This document shows, piece by piece, positions 10,501 through 23,352 of a stretch of DNA of 64,000 nt. The notes beneath the pieces are model-generated. The model had not been told where the DNA came from and did no database searches. It saw nothing but the letters and a program-made list of their open reading frames with translations. Source of the DNA: Azolla caroliniana (lineage: Eukaryota > Plantae > Polypodiophyta); the NCBI GenBank assembly GCA_043228905.1, contig JBHGNT010000017.1, positions 2,294,001-2,358,000 of the forward strand, read 5' to 3'. The position numbers and the translations under genes are program-made. Position 1 is the first letter of the stretch, and each line of letters begins with the position of its first letter.

Positions 10501-11950
10501 ATTCCTTGTCCGTTAGATCACGGTTAGGAAGGTCTTCACCTCTAGTAGTTGCTACTACTTTCTTCTGGCTAACCTCAATGTGATTGAGATTTTGTCTCCT
10601 TGTTGAAGAGAAGTTTTTTTTCCTCTCTTCATGGTCTCTGGAGCTATTAGGGTCTGTGTTTCAATCGGAGAACCTTGTATGCGGAGCTTTATCTTCTTCA
10701 TAGGTCGGTCCGACAAGTTCTCAAACGACCTATTTAAGAAAGGACATGCGAAAACATAAGTTAGGTGGTCACGTAGATTAAGATTGTATATTAAAATACA
10801 AATAATTAGATGAAGAAATAAACTAGCAGGCGATTTGTGGTAAACTATAAATATCAATCATGCATTGAGTGTACATGGTAGTCCTATATTCAGAAATCTA
10901 TTCTAGTAAGAGCTATTCAACTTAGAAAATATATATCTTAATAAGTATACAAGTATATATATTGTCTTGAAGGGCAGGTATGGCTTACATTGATTCCATA
11001 TCCATATTGTAGAGAATTTGCATATGATAGACTTGAATTTGGTATCGTAAAGGTAATTTGTGGGTTATTTTGTACTAGTTTAAGCTATACTAGGTCATAA
11101 AACCTCTATAACTAAGACCCCTATTTTTTACAAAATAAGGCAAATCACCCTAAAAAAGGACTGATTTTGACAGAAAGTTTGATATCTTTTCACACAATAT
11201 AAGTTGTTGCCCCAAAGACACAATATTCCTCTTTCAAGTTCTTGTTTTATACAGGGACTTGATACGCCGTATCGAGTTCATGTATAAAACACAAACATAA
11301 TCCAGGAGCTCGATACGTTGTATCGAGTTCCTCTGTAAAAGAGTTGACTCGATACGGCGTATCGAGTTCCTATGTTACACAAGAACTCGATATGGCGTAT
11401 TGAGTTCCTGTTTAAAACACAAACGTTATACAGGAACTCGATACGGCATATCGAGTTGCTATTTAAAACACTAACATAATATAAGAACTCGATAAGTTGT
11501 ATCTAGTTCCTGTATAAAACACACATATTATATAGGAACTCGATACTGCGTATCGAGTTTCTGTTTAAAACGCAAGCAAAATAGAGGAACTCGATACGGC
11601 GTATTGAGTTCCTGTATAAAACGCAAACATAATACAGGAACTCGATACACTGTATCGAGTTCCTGTATAAAACACACATATTATACAAGAACTCGATACG
11701 GCGTATCGAGTTCTTGTTTAAATAAAAAACTTTAAAGAGGAACTCGATACGCCGTATGGAGTTCCTGTATAAAACCTAAACATCACACAAGAACTCGATA
11801 CGCTGTATCAAGTTCATGTATATTGTTTGTGTTTTATACAGGAACTCGATACGACGTATTGAGTTCCTGATGCTAAAACATATTTACAAAAATGTCCACA
11901 GTGTCAAAGGCTTACCTGGAGTCCTGACGATCGATTTTCTTTGAAGACAT
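7533..11950 (-). pseudogene. Spliced gene for a ParB/Srx-like domain fused to a beta-class amino (N6A/N4C) DNA methyltransferase, disabled in this copy
   Basis: Exon 1 (11950-11916, MSSKKIDRQDS-R, GTAAG donor) splices in frame to 10729. ParB-like segment in ORF 9150-10046 (YFVISGSHSAEA...LTTEEAKLLAWDHN). MTase motifs: CGD...LMIADIPY (DIPY at 8563-8552), W-IK, NPYQKP..L..LIEMFS..GD*ILDLFSGTG (8001-7978) and ACALKLFRN. Canonical GT-AG intron at 8357-8270, with further donors at 9109 and 7976. Contains stops and frameshifts. Confidence 0.8.
11256..11866. repeat. Array of 13 palindromic 25-bp units, mostly at an exact 51-bp period
   Basis: Units start near 11256, 11306, 11346, 11383, 11434, 11485, 11536, 11587, 11638, 11689, 11740, 11791 and 11842. 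The spacers are related AT-rich sequences (ctgtataaaacacaaacataatacag-like). Confidence 0.95.
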
Positions 11951-12084
11951 GGTTGATATTTGTCAATTATTAGGCGGAGATCTCGCAATCGTACTTCGTG
12001 CTCTGTGTGCTCTATTTGCTCTGTTTGCTCTGTGTGCTCTTGTGTGCTCTTGTGTTTCATGTGGGTGAAATATGACGAGGTCTT

Positions 12085-12097
12085 CCTATTTATAGGG
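12085..12097 (-). promoter_or_regulatory. TATA box of the ParB-methyltransferase gene
   Basis: CCCTATAAATAGG on the minus strand about 140 bp upstream of the ATG at 11950, conserved at 790-802 in copy 1. Confidence 0.55.
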
Positions 12098-12757
12098 ATT
12101 GGCCACAGTGGTTAAAGTAACCACAATCAGCTTAACTAGGGTTGGCAAGTGTGAGGTTAGTTAATTAGTAACCACAGTCACATTAACTTGAGTAACTTAT
12201 GATTGCATTAATGATTACAAAGTCAAACTAACATATTGATGAATATTTTATAGTCAAAATAACTTACAATGAGTTTAAAGGTCATGAAGGAAACAATGAT
12301 AGAGGTTCATGAATGAACCAATTATTGATTACTGAAATCAACATTTTTATGACTCTTAATTGCTTTGTATTAAAGATGTGGGCATGAATGAACCAATGAT
12401 TGAAAAGTCTTAGATTTAAAATGGTGCCATTAATGAACCAATGACTGAGAAGTTCTATATTAAATATGGGTGCCATTAATTAACCAATGATTTTAAGTTT
12501 AATCTAACATATATATGGCTTGGTAATGATTGTAATTATATTATACTTGATTTAACTTCATATAGACTAGTTTAAGTAATTAGTAATATGTTAAATATAA
12601 TACTATAATAAAGAAAATATTTTTTATGTATTGTATTAATATAATATTAAATATTATAGACATTATATTGAGGGAGTTTCTGTTTAGAGAGGAGCTTATT
12701 AGTTTTTTGCCTTAGCCTAAGCACATAACTTAAAGAGCTCTGTCTAGACCTTAACCC

Positions 12758-15535
12758 ATGAGTGAAGATTCACCGTTCTCGATTGAAGAATATTGTTTGT
12801 CATCAGACTCTTCGTTTTCTACAGAAGAATATTGTTTGTCGACAGACTCACCATTTTCTTTTGAAGAATACTATTCTATCGAAGAGTACTGTCTAAGCTC
12901 ATCTTCACCTACAATGAATGTGAATAATGACACCTATGAAGAGTTCTCTATTGAAGAATACGATATTAATAAAGATACGGAGAATGAAGGTAGTGCCAAT
13001 GAAACATCGAATATCATGGGCGATGGTCACAACAAAGAATTGGATAGTAACAAGGTTACACCAACTTCTATGCAAGAAGAGAAATCTGGAAGCCCTATGC
13101 ATATTAGAAGAATCCGACGAAGAATTCGTCTAGCTAGATTTAACTTGGTGACATCAGATAAACAGATTGGATTTGATGTCAAAAAAATATGCTGTGCTTG
13201 TGGTTGTATCTCTATGATTGGAAAATCAAAGTTGCGAGAATTAAGGCGATACTATTTTTCAATGACTGGTGATGAGCAAGACACTTACCTCAGGTCACAT
13301 ATGCAACTAGTGTCTGAGAAATGTACGGGGATCAAAGTATCATTCGAGTATTATATCTTCCATGCGCAACAGATATGTAGAGTTGAATTCAAAATTGCGT
13401 TATGTGTTAGTAACATGCGGCGACATAGAGTACAACAACGTCTACTTAGCGGGGATCAGATGCTCAATTGTAAAGAGGTTCCAAATATGAAAGGTGAAAT
13501 TGGAAGACATGCTATTGGTTGGATGAAAACTTACTTTCAGTTAAATTGTGAAGTTATGCCCACTATAGGTAGGATGCACCTTTCTGATAATTACACACGT
13601 CGGGAAGTTTATGATGTCTATCGATCTGATATGGTGGGCTCACATAATAAGTCTGTCACATATAGCCAATTCACAAGATTATGGAGAGCTCGGTTTTCAA
13701 ATGTTATCATTCCACGTAAAGTACGCATGGGGTATTGCTCCATTTGTGCAAATCTTAAAAGTTTGGCTAAAGGTGCAAAGACATCAATGGAAAAGGATAT
13801 GAGTAAGAAGTTACTACAAGAGCATCGTGAGGCACAATCGTTAGAACGAAAGAAGGCGATGTATCATAGAGAGGCGATGCATCATAGAGAGAAGTGTTTG
13901 AAGAGGCCTGAACAATACATGTGCTTAATGATAGATGGCATGGACCAGAAGAAGACGTGCTTGCCGCATATGCGGAGGCTCCCCAAAGACGTCAATGATG
14001 AGTGCCTTGTTCAAATGCACTTGGTGGGATGCTTAGCTTATAATAGGTCTGTTGGACCTCATGTCTTCATTACATACCCCAATGTTCACAATGACCCTAA
14101 CCTAACAGGTATAGTGATTCACCGAGTTTTGATGTCTTGGGGCCAACCTTTCCCCCCTGTTCCATACATTCAATTGGACAATACTGCTAGAGAGAACAAA
14201 AATTCAATTGTGTTTGGCTATCTAAGTATGTTGGTCAACCAAGGATTGTTTAGGAAAGTGAAAGTCAATTTTCTTTTGGTTGGCCACACACATGATCATA
14301 TAGATCAGATGTTTAGCACATTCTCCAGACAGTTGTCTCGGCATGATGTTTTCACATTACCTAAACTATTTGATGTCATTTGTGATGCATATACACCACG
14401 CCCAAAAGTGTTACACTTGAAGGAGGTATATGACTTTAAGAGATATATATTAGATGGGGGTGTTGGGAATGTTAAAGTGCTTGCTTAGTTAAACAATATA
14501 AGCTTCAATCACATTTTTATGATAAAGAAAAATGAAATAAGTGGTTCTACTCTTTTGTATGCTAAACAATATTCATCTTCTACAACATGGGAACCTGAAG
14601 GTGGTTGCCAGTTATTACTTTGTATGCCGAGTACAATTGTCCATGGAGCTCATCAAATGCTAATTGAGAAGAAAGGACAGTTGCACAGTGACTTGGTATC
14701 AGAACAAAAACGGTTATGGATCCAAGCCTTAAAAGGAAAAAGAAAGCATATTGAGGCCGCCAAAAAATATGCCACACAACAAGACACATCATGGTGGGAT
14801 GTATTTTATAGTGAGAAAAAAGGAATTATAGACAATTGTGTATTTGGTGATAATTGGAATTTGGAAACGCCATTCACATGGTCGCTGCAACACGATCGTG
14901 TAAATAGAACTCTAGAGCAACCGGCAAATGCGATTAATAACAGTTTGGTCCATCCACAACAAAGAGACATTTATGTGGGACCAAGGATGACCAAAGCAGC
15001 TGAAGCTAGATGGCAAGGCAATTTGCAAGAGCTCACGATGGGGATGTTGATTGCAACGCTGGCTGATGAGAATTCACATGGCCACCAATTTTGGGTTGGT
15101 AAAATTCTAGAAGTGCTAATGCATGAAATAGAAAACACTATCAAGTCTATAAACATTCATTGGTACAACACTAGAAGTGCAAATGCTTTTACAGGTAAGT
15201 ATACATTGGAGATGATTGAATGCCCAACAAGAAGGGGAGGTAGGAAGAGGAAGCGAAACATTCGTAACACCTCTACCCTTCATATCTCTGATGTGGATAT
15301 CATCGTGTACGACTTCACACTTACAAAAGCCGGACAATTAAGGAGGTCAACAATAGATATAATATTACCAGTTCTACAAGGTGGCTCGAGTCAAAGGCAA
15401 ACGAGATCTGCTACATATAATCTAGAGTCAAACCATTTGGTTTATGACAAAGATAATGCATTGATTGGTACATCCGAGGATGACGAGGAGGAATCGTCAT
15501 TGTATAATATTAGTTATAGTAGTGATTCTCCGTAA
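12758..15535 (+). pseudogene. Sola-like transposase, copy 2, with one nonsense codon
   Basis: Highly similar to 1471-4251. CAG>TAG at 14486-14488, and ORF 14519-15535 continues in the same frame. Has an 18-bp tandem duplication (AMYHRE-AMHHRE). Confidence 0.88.
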
Positions 15536-15910
15536 AGGAATGATCATGAATGTATTTTTGGCTATTAAGTGTAATTACATTCCGCTTGTAACAAATCGAG
15601 TAATATAAAAGCATGTGTTTTGAATTCTTATGATTTCTAAAAAATCGTTGAATCTTATAAAATAACATTGGTTGTAAAGTTCGTGATATAAATTGAGAAT
15701 GTAACTTTTTGAAATGCCTCTTTTTTTAGTTACTTCTAAATCACAGAAATAGTGGATTTTTAACCTTTTTCATAGTATGTTTGAACATGTATGATACTGG
15801 TATCAATGTGTTTTGTAAAATCATTGAAAAAGCCCTAAAATCAACCAAAATTTTCCTTATCCTTCCATTTATGCGTGATCTTTCCACTTGTGAATGCGAA
15901 CGTGTTCAAG

Positions 15911-18900
15911 GTTAGTTATTGGAAAAACTTGTTGAAGTTCCTTCTTCACAAGTTGTAGATACCGTCACTAGTGAGTTGGCAAGTAGAGGTAAGTTGTCGA
16001 CATAAAAACCAATTATGATGAGATTATTCTTAGCTCTTTTAATGTATACATTTGGTTCATTCTTTAATATTTTATAACCATTGTTAGTTAGAAAATTATG
16101 AAGTCAATGATACCAAACTCGTGGAGATTGTTGCAGATCGTATAAGGATCGATGTAAGTGACATACAACATTTGGTCGAGTTGAATATTCAAAATGTGGT
16201 GGTTGTTGCATATAGATCTCTTCTTCAAGTTCTTCGTGAAGGAAAGCGGTTTGAACATCTAAGTGATGGAGTTCCAAATCAAGTTCGACGGCGAGAGAGA
16301 CAAATATGTGAAATGTGATACTTTGCAATGTAGGGCTAAATGTATCTTTGAAGTCAATTCCAGGTATTTGAGAAAAACCACAAGCTACGAGACGAGCTTT
16401 GAAATGTATAATATTTCCATTAGCATTGGTCTTCTTCCGAAGAACCCACTTACAACTAACAATTTGTTGAGCAGGTGGTGGATCGATAAGGCTCCAAGTT
16501 TTGTTCTTTAATAAGGCTGTCATCTCTTCTTCCATGGTTGCTCTCAATTTAGGGCCATTGGTACTAGACAACACTTCTTGAGTGATAATAATCAATTCAT
16601 TTGTGGTATCCGACTCTTCTTCAACTATGAGAGCGTCCATATCGAGGTCCACAAAGTGTGCCTCGAATTGGTCGAGTTCCTTATAGATATCGGACAAGGA
16701 GCACGTATGGCGAGGTGGCGAGTCATTATCATATGGGTTTGGATAGTCTTGTGAGGATTGTGATTTTGAGTTGATTGAAAAATCATTAGTGATGTCGGGT
16801 GATTCAAGACTAAATGGCGGAATGATTTGATGGGTTTGAGGGCTTTCAAGAACATGTTGATTAGAGGTCGAGAAATTTGATAAAGAGAGTGGTAAAGTGT
16901 TAAATGTATGTAAGTGTGGCGAAGACAAGGTTGATGGAGATGATGTTCTTGTGAGGTCATCATAATGTGTAGAGTTGGATGGTGTGAAACCACTATCAAG
17001 ATGTGGGTGAATGAATGTAGTTAGTTAGTTTAGGTTGGGTAGTTCTTTTATGTTGGTTGGTTAGATTTAAAGATGTAATTTTTATTAACTTTAAATTTAA
17101 ATGTTGGTTTCTTATGCAAACGGAGTGGAACGGGAGGAGTTCTTGGAGCAGAGGAGATGGGAGGAGATGGGAGGAGATGCAAGGGATTGATGTGGAGGAG
17201 AGATCGGAGGAGGTGCAAGGTGCTGTAAAAGTGCAAGGGATTACCACATAACGATTGACAACATTGGGGTGGGAGGCGGCGATGATATTAGCGGCTTTCT
17301 TCGATCGCTTGCTGGTGGCGATAGCAGCGGCATCAACATTCTTTTGTCGGTGGCCACTAGGAGTTCTCTTTGAAGGGCGGCGATTATCATCATCGATGTT
17401 CTGTTTGCGGGAGGCGGCGACGGTGGAGCTGGTTGGGAGGCGGCAGAAGTTAGCAATAGCGTTGTTCTGTTGGCTGCAGAAGGGGATAGCGGCGGTGTTG
17501 TTTGGGAGGTGACGATAATCAGCAACCGTCATGTTCTTTTTGGTGGCAGAAGTCGATGGCATAGGTGGCGGCGGCATTGTTTGGAGGGTAATAGACATCG
17601 TCAACAACATTGTTGTGTGGGTGGCAGAAGGCGACAACGGTTCTATTTGGAGAGCGGTGTACATCAACGACAACCTTGTTATGAGACTCGTGAACGGTGG
17701 CGACATCATCTTCTAATTGTTCGCCTCCTTCACGAATATCATTTTTAAGGTTATGTGTTGGTGTCTTGGATTCAAGAAAGAGCGACTCATCAAATTTGAG
17801 ATTGTAGACATTTCAATTGTAGATTTAGTTGCTTTTTTGTTACTGATTTGTAATTTGTAAAAGTTGTGAAAGCTTGGTCTTTGCTATTGAGGAAACCTTG
17901 TATAATCATCGATGAAACTAATGAAATATTTTGATTTAAAAAGTGATTGAGTTGGGAATGGACCGCATATGACACTATGGACAAGTTCAAGAGGTCGACT
18001 TCTTCGTGAGTTACTTGTAGTAAACTTTAATGATGCCATTTTGCCGAACAGGCACGCCTCACATAGGTCAATTTTGCAAAACATATCCTTTGGGACTCCT
18101 TGAGCGAGCTTGTGAGTTTAGAGTGTTCGCATAACAACAAGGTGTGGATGTCCAAGTCGATAGTGCCAAAGTAAGGTGAGTTCCTATTGTCTTTCGATTT
18201 CGGTTGTGTGAACTTCGATTTTTGATTGGGTTGTTGGATGTACACTAATTGGATATTACCCTCTTGTCTTTTGTAGGAAGTTCGTATGATGAGACCATTT
18301 AGTAGAAGATGACGAATCACGGCTTGGTTATGATGGAACTCGATGATGGTTCCATTTGAAGTTGCTTGGCTTATTGAAAGGAGGGTCTTGGTGATACCAG
18401 GCACGTGGTACACATAATTTATGGTGAAGTTTCCTCCTCCATGGAGATGAAAAGTAAGTTGGCCTTTGCCTAATGCTTGTTTTACTCCATTATTTCCAAA
18501 TCGAGTAGTTATTGAATTTTGTAGGGGTGTGTACCTTTGAAGCCAATCCGATCGATGTGTGAGGTGGTTCGTTGCTCCAGTGTCAAGACACCATTTTTCA
18601 TCCTTCTTTGTTGGTATATCCTCGACAAGTGCTTCAACCACAAAAGCTTGCATCAAGTCGTTGTAACCTTCTTCTTCATATTCATCCTTTTTTTCAATTG
18701 AGGCAACATAAACCTCTTCTTCTTCTTCTTCTTCTTCTCCATTTCTCTCTTCCTCGAATTCTTCTACAATGTGCGCTTGTGGTCGACGAATGTTGCTTGG
18801 GAATCTTCAAATAGACTTTTGTTTTGCCTTACATTCTTGTGGTGTGTGGCCCTTGTCTTTTGCAAATGTTGCGATAGTACTTAGTGAATTTCATTCCTCC

Positions 18901-19613
18901 TTTAGCCATAGGTGCATTACTCCACTGACTCTTGAAACTCTTGTATCTTGCTTTTGGTTTGTAATGAGGTCGATAGGCTGCCATAGCGATTGCTTGTGTT
19001 GATGTGTTTTCTTCTCTTGTCTTTCTCATCGAGTCTTCTTATCTTATGTCTCCCATGAGATCTTCCACAATAGTTTGTTTATTTAAATATTGTGTGGAGT
19101 CACAAAAGATGACCAAGAAGAGGGTAAAGCACCTAATAATAAACATCTTTGTAGTTTGTTGGAAATGTCCAAGCCAGATGTAATTGTATCATCCAATTTC
19201 TTTTCCCAAGTTGTTAGAAAATTATCTATATCATCTTCTTCTTTCATTGTAAATGTGACATATGCATGTAGTCTGTGCACTTGTGCTGCATCCGTCTTTG
19301 GTTCGTATTGTGTCTTTAATTTCACCCAAATTTGATACGAAGTTTGTAACTTTCTAACCGCTTCTCCTTGAACATCTGATATATGTGCTAATAATTCCAT
19401 CTTTGCTACAAGATCTTTCTCTTCCCAAATAACTTGATCAGTTCTGGGGAGATCAGGTTTTGTTGATAATCCTGACACTACATCCCAAAGTTTGTAGTGT
19501 TGAAATAATAATTCGAGTCGAGCACTCCAAATGCGATAATTTTTCTTTGATAACTTTACTAATGAAAGTTTATGTGTGTTGAGAATGTTGGCAGGAGTTG
19601 AGGATTGTGTCAT
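15911..19613 (-). pseudogene. Copia A gag-protease-integrase-RT remnants
   Basis: Gag at 19083-19613 (LGALPSSW), protease WCLDTGATNHL, CEACLFGK and PLELVHS, and RT KARLVACGFSQ..LDVQTAFL. The integrase core is deleted near 17795, where KCLQS joins FDE. Confidence 0.88.
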
Positions 19614-19976
19614 TTTTATGGAAGAGGGCTATCCGGCTTAGCGCTTGTCTTGATGACAAATCGATCAATGCTCTTGGGATTCTCTAGTCTTATTTGATAG
19701 ATGCGGAAATCTATAAATCTGATACCATGTAGAATTCGACAACTATACAAATAGAGGATGATTGCTAGAGAGAGAGATTACACATACATAAAATCTGTTC
19801 TATATTGATTGTGTAATGTTACATTAGCCAAAATGACTTGTTTGTAGAGACGATGGACAAAAAGTTATGTCTCTTCAATGAAGAGTTTTCTCTAAAGTCT
19901 AATAATAAATAACTCTTCGTAATTACTTATTTTTCTAATTAATAATAATATAATATTTAGGTTAAATATTTCCACA

Positions 19977-20164
19977 ACTACCCTCTTTCCTCCTCCTGCA
20001 ACACAAACACAAGCACAAGTGCAGGCGGGCTGGAGCAGCTACTATTATTGATTGTGATTTGGTTCCATGAGTTTGTATCTCCCTGGGCACTTCTGGTGGG
20101 CTATTCCGCTGGGCTTGCACTAGGTATAATCCTCTGCCATATCCTCTTCTTAAAATTGAAGTGA
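19977..20164 (+). pseudogene. LRR receptor-like protein C-terminus (juxtamembrane and TM helix), part 2
   Basis: YPLSSSCNTNTSTS...WFHEFVSPWALLVGYSAGLALGIILCHILFLKLK* continues the ENNP-(GLC)-xPL C-cap that is broken at about 5236. Confidence 0.72.
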
Positions 20165-20466
20165 ATCAGTAGTAGCTGATGGTCAAGAGAACTGGACTGG
20201 ATTGGACTGCACAGTTTTGAGGAGTGCCATCATAAAAGCTAATTTGAAATACTCACACGAGGAGCACAATCTCCAACATGAGAATTTCGAACTATGTATA
20301 AATATGCCTTTCCAACTTTGTATTGTATGCATTTTACTCCATGGACCATGAAAGCATTCCATTGTTGATGTTCATACGTATCCATTTTGAAGGCCTAGGT
20401 CCATTTCCTTACCTCTCAATTACTCTGGATATTTCCTCTTAATTTACCTACATTACCACTCTAGAA

Positions 20467-20546
20467 TGTAGGGGTTGAACCCATGATCATGGTCTCCATT
20501 GGACAACCTTACCAAGCTACAAGTCACACACACACACACACACACA

Positions 20547-20593
<47 letters not shown>

Positions 20594-20652
20594 TTAGCTT
20601 ACCCTAGTGGTAAGTTGTTACACTACTAGCACTACAACTCTAGTTCTCCATA

Positions 20653-20705
<53 letters not shown>

Positions 20706-20723
20706 ATTCTGCATGGTATCAGG
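20467..20723 (+). mobile_element. Possible isolated LTR plus PBS, containing (CA)n/(CT)n microsatellites
   Basis: TGTAG...TGCA followed directly by TGGTATCAG at 20714. No internal domains seen. Confidence 0.35.
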
Positions 20724-21649
20724 TGCAACAAAGTAGTTCAACCCCACCAAGATGTTTGTTGTGTTTTACGATAATCGAATGTGCTAATTGATGCTAATTG
20801 ATCTTGTTGGACATAGGAGCATTATTAACAAATGTGACGGCAAATGCTGCCCAACTAAATCTTGCACTTATCATATTGAAAAACTTTAATTAGAAAAATG
20901 ATAAAACATGGCATATGACCATAGAGATCATATTTGGACACTAAAATTTGTGAACCATGGTTGATGGAACCAACTTACATGCAAAAATTCATTACCCCAC
21001 AAATAAATGCAATTAATCCTAGTGGTCTTGCACTTGGCATATCCTTTTGCCATCTCCTTTGCTAGAAAAAATTTAAGTGCATTAGTTTCTCTGCTTTAAA
21101 GAGGAGTCTTATTCAGTATACTTCAAGAAATAATTCTGAATTTATATAGAATATCCTGGTCAAGAATATTTAAGAATGACATAATTAATCAACAACAAAG
21201 AAGTATGATTTTGGCTTAGGAGTCAGAATAAAATAATACTTCATAATTGTTTTCAACTACTAACTTAATAGAATTGGATTAATGTTTGGGAGGCTAGTGG
21301 ATAATTGATTTGTAGAATTGCCAGGAATCAAAAGCGTTACTCCCAAACAATGAACATCTCTATAAATACTTAATGCCATAATTAGCAAAACAGTAGCCAG
21401 TAATTAAAATACTGCAAATAAAATACATTTACTTGGCCTTTGGAAATCATGTCTTTGCAATGAATGAAGCTCTGTGGTCATTCATCTATGAAAGTCTTTT
21501 TTGGGAGAAGACGGTTTACTTAATGTTGATTAAAACTCTTCTATTTCACCTCATAATATCATTGGGATAATCCAATATACCAATGGGGCCTCCAAGATTT
21601 TCATATTTTCATATTTTCAAATATGGTCATTTTTATTCATGATGCATGT

Positions 21650-22525
21650 TTGTTAATAACTACATACATATTAGAATTGGCCATATATATTGACATACAT
21701 ATATAGATAATACATACATACATAAAAATTACATATTACATTTATACATACACTTCCTTACAAACATATTTTATATATTACCATATGTAAATATGTACAT
21801 ACACATACATGCATGCATTACATACTACATACATATTAGAATTGGCCATATATATTGACATATATACATAAAAATTACATATTACATTTATACACACACT
21901 TCCTTACAAACATATTTTATATATTACATATTATAGACATTTATTATTATACACACAATTATATACAAATGCAAATATACAAACCAAACACAAAAATAAA
22001 TAAATTCATATTATATATATATATATATATACACACATACACACATTCCATACATACAATACAATACAATATGTACATACATACACACACAAACATAACA
22101 CACATCACACATGCATATATACTTACATCCATGAATATGTATATACATACATTACACTCATTTATACATACATATTAACAAAACATAAATATATGTACAA
22201 ATATATATTACCATATGTAAATATGTACATAATACCTACAATAAAATTACATATATACATACAAAACACACAAAAATAAATTACATATTATATATATGTA
22301 TACACAAACTCATACATATTAACATTAAAAACACCTAAAGGCTAAGATTACATACTATATATATACAAATCTTCATACTTACAAACAAGTTACATATATT
22401 ACATATATATACACGTGCACACACATAAATAAATTAGATATTACATAGCATATATTACACAATATTCAAATTTACACATACATAAATTACATATATACAT
22501 ATATAGATACATACATAGCTATACA
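21650..22525. repeat. Degenerate (TACA/CA/TA) simple-sequence tract
   Basis: Low-complexity tract with an internal duplication (about 21660 and 21826). It is continuous with 23353-23406 and 34964 onward once the hAT insertions are removed. Confidence 0.9.
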
Positions 22526-23200
22526 CATAGATTGAAATATTCGCATTCGTGGGGCCCACCCCACGAATCCATACGAATACATATAAAAATATTCGTTTTC
22601 TTTTTTTTTTTGAATTTTTTAAGTAAAAAATAAAAAACAAATTTTCTTCATCTGAGCGAGTGAATGAACAACGAGCAACGAGCGAGGAACCTCACCCTAC
22701 TCCCTGTCCGCCCTCGCTTCCCTCTGCATCTTGTTCTCGGCCAGAAAATTAGGGTTTCGGCTGAAAACCCTAATTTCTGTCATAAACCCAATTTAGACAG
22801 TAGTACTTTCTTTTGAGCCTGCGTCCTCAACTCCCTCTCATGCTCTATTCTAATCCTACATCCTGTTCTCACTGAAACCCTACGTCCTCAACTCACGCTC
22901 CCACTGAAACCCTAAGTTTAGTAGAAGCCCTAATTAATTGATTATTAATTAATTAACTTAATAACTAATATTTTTTAATGAATTAAGATATGTATTAGTA
23001 AATTAATTAATGTATTAGTGAATCAATTAATGTATTATTGAATCAATTAATGTATTATTGAATCAATTAATGCATTAGTGAATCAATTAATGTATTAGTG
23101 GACTAATTAATTATTATATTAGTGAGTTAATTAATTATTGATGTATTTGTGTATATACATATATGAGTGATATGTGTGTATACACATATATGTATATATC

Positions 23201-23233
<33 letters not shown>

Positions 23234-23352
23234 TGTATGTATACATCTAAACGAATGGTTTTATAATATTCTTGGGGCCGTTTTATATTCTCGAATATAG
23301 CGATTATTGCGGATGTAGAATACCACGAATATTACGCATGGATCAATCTATG
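22526..23352 (+). mobile_element. Non-autonomous hAT element (MITE, 827 bp)
   Basis: Termini CATAGATTGA...TCAATCTATG. 8-bp TSD GCTATACA/GATATACA (7 of 8 match). Subtermini are homologous to the neighbouring hAT in inverted orientation. Confidence 0.85.

Larger units (their letters stand above)
6446..15906 (+). mobile_element. Complete 9.46-kb Sola-like DNA transposon, copy 2, with methyltransferase cargo
   Basis: Left end aacacgttcgcgttcacaagtggaaggattgcgcat; right end atgcgtgatctttccacttgtgaatgcgaacgtgtt (imperfect TIR of about 36 bp). TSD CAAG at 6442-6445 and 15907-15910. Removing the element restores the Copia RT frame (ITNLGPMKYFLG). Confidence 0.92.
5234..19976 (-). mobile_element. Degenerate Ty1/Copia LTR retrotransposon A, interrupted by Sola-like copy 2
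   Basis: Similar LTRs of about 250 bp at about 5234-5485 and 19728-19976. PBS TGGTATC on the minus strand at 19727-19721. A G-run PPT adjoins the LTR near 5485. Gag, protease, integrase, RT and RNase H remnants lie in Copia order. Confidence 0.9.

Noticed and set aside
11256-11866. CRISPR array (palindromic repeats with regular spacers); likewise 345-572
   Set aside because: The spacers are related to each other rather than unique, there are no cas genes, and the context is a eukaryotic transposon intron.
16996-17709. 237-aa ORF as a captured gene inside Copia A
   Set aside because: It is low-complexity sequence that follows the FDE motif, so it is the variable integrase-RT linker. No domain was recognised.
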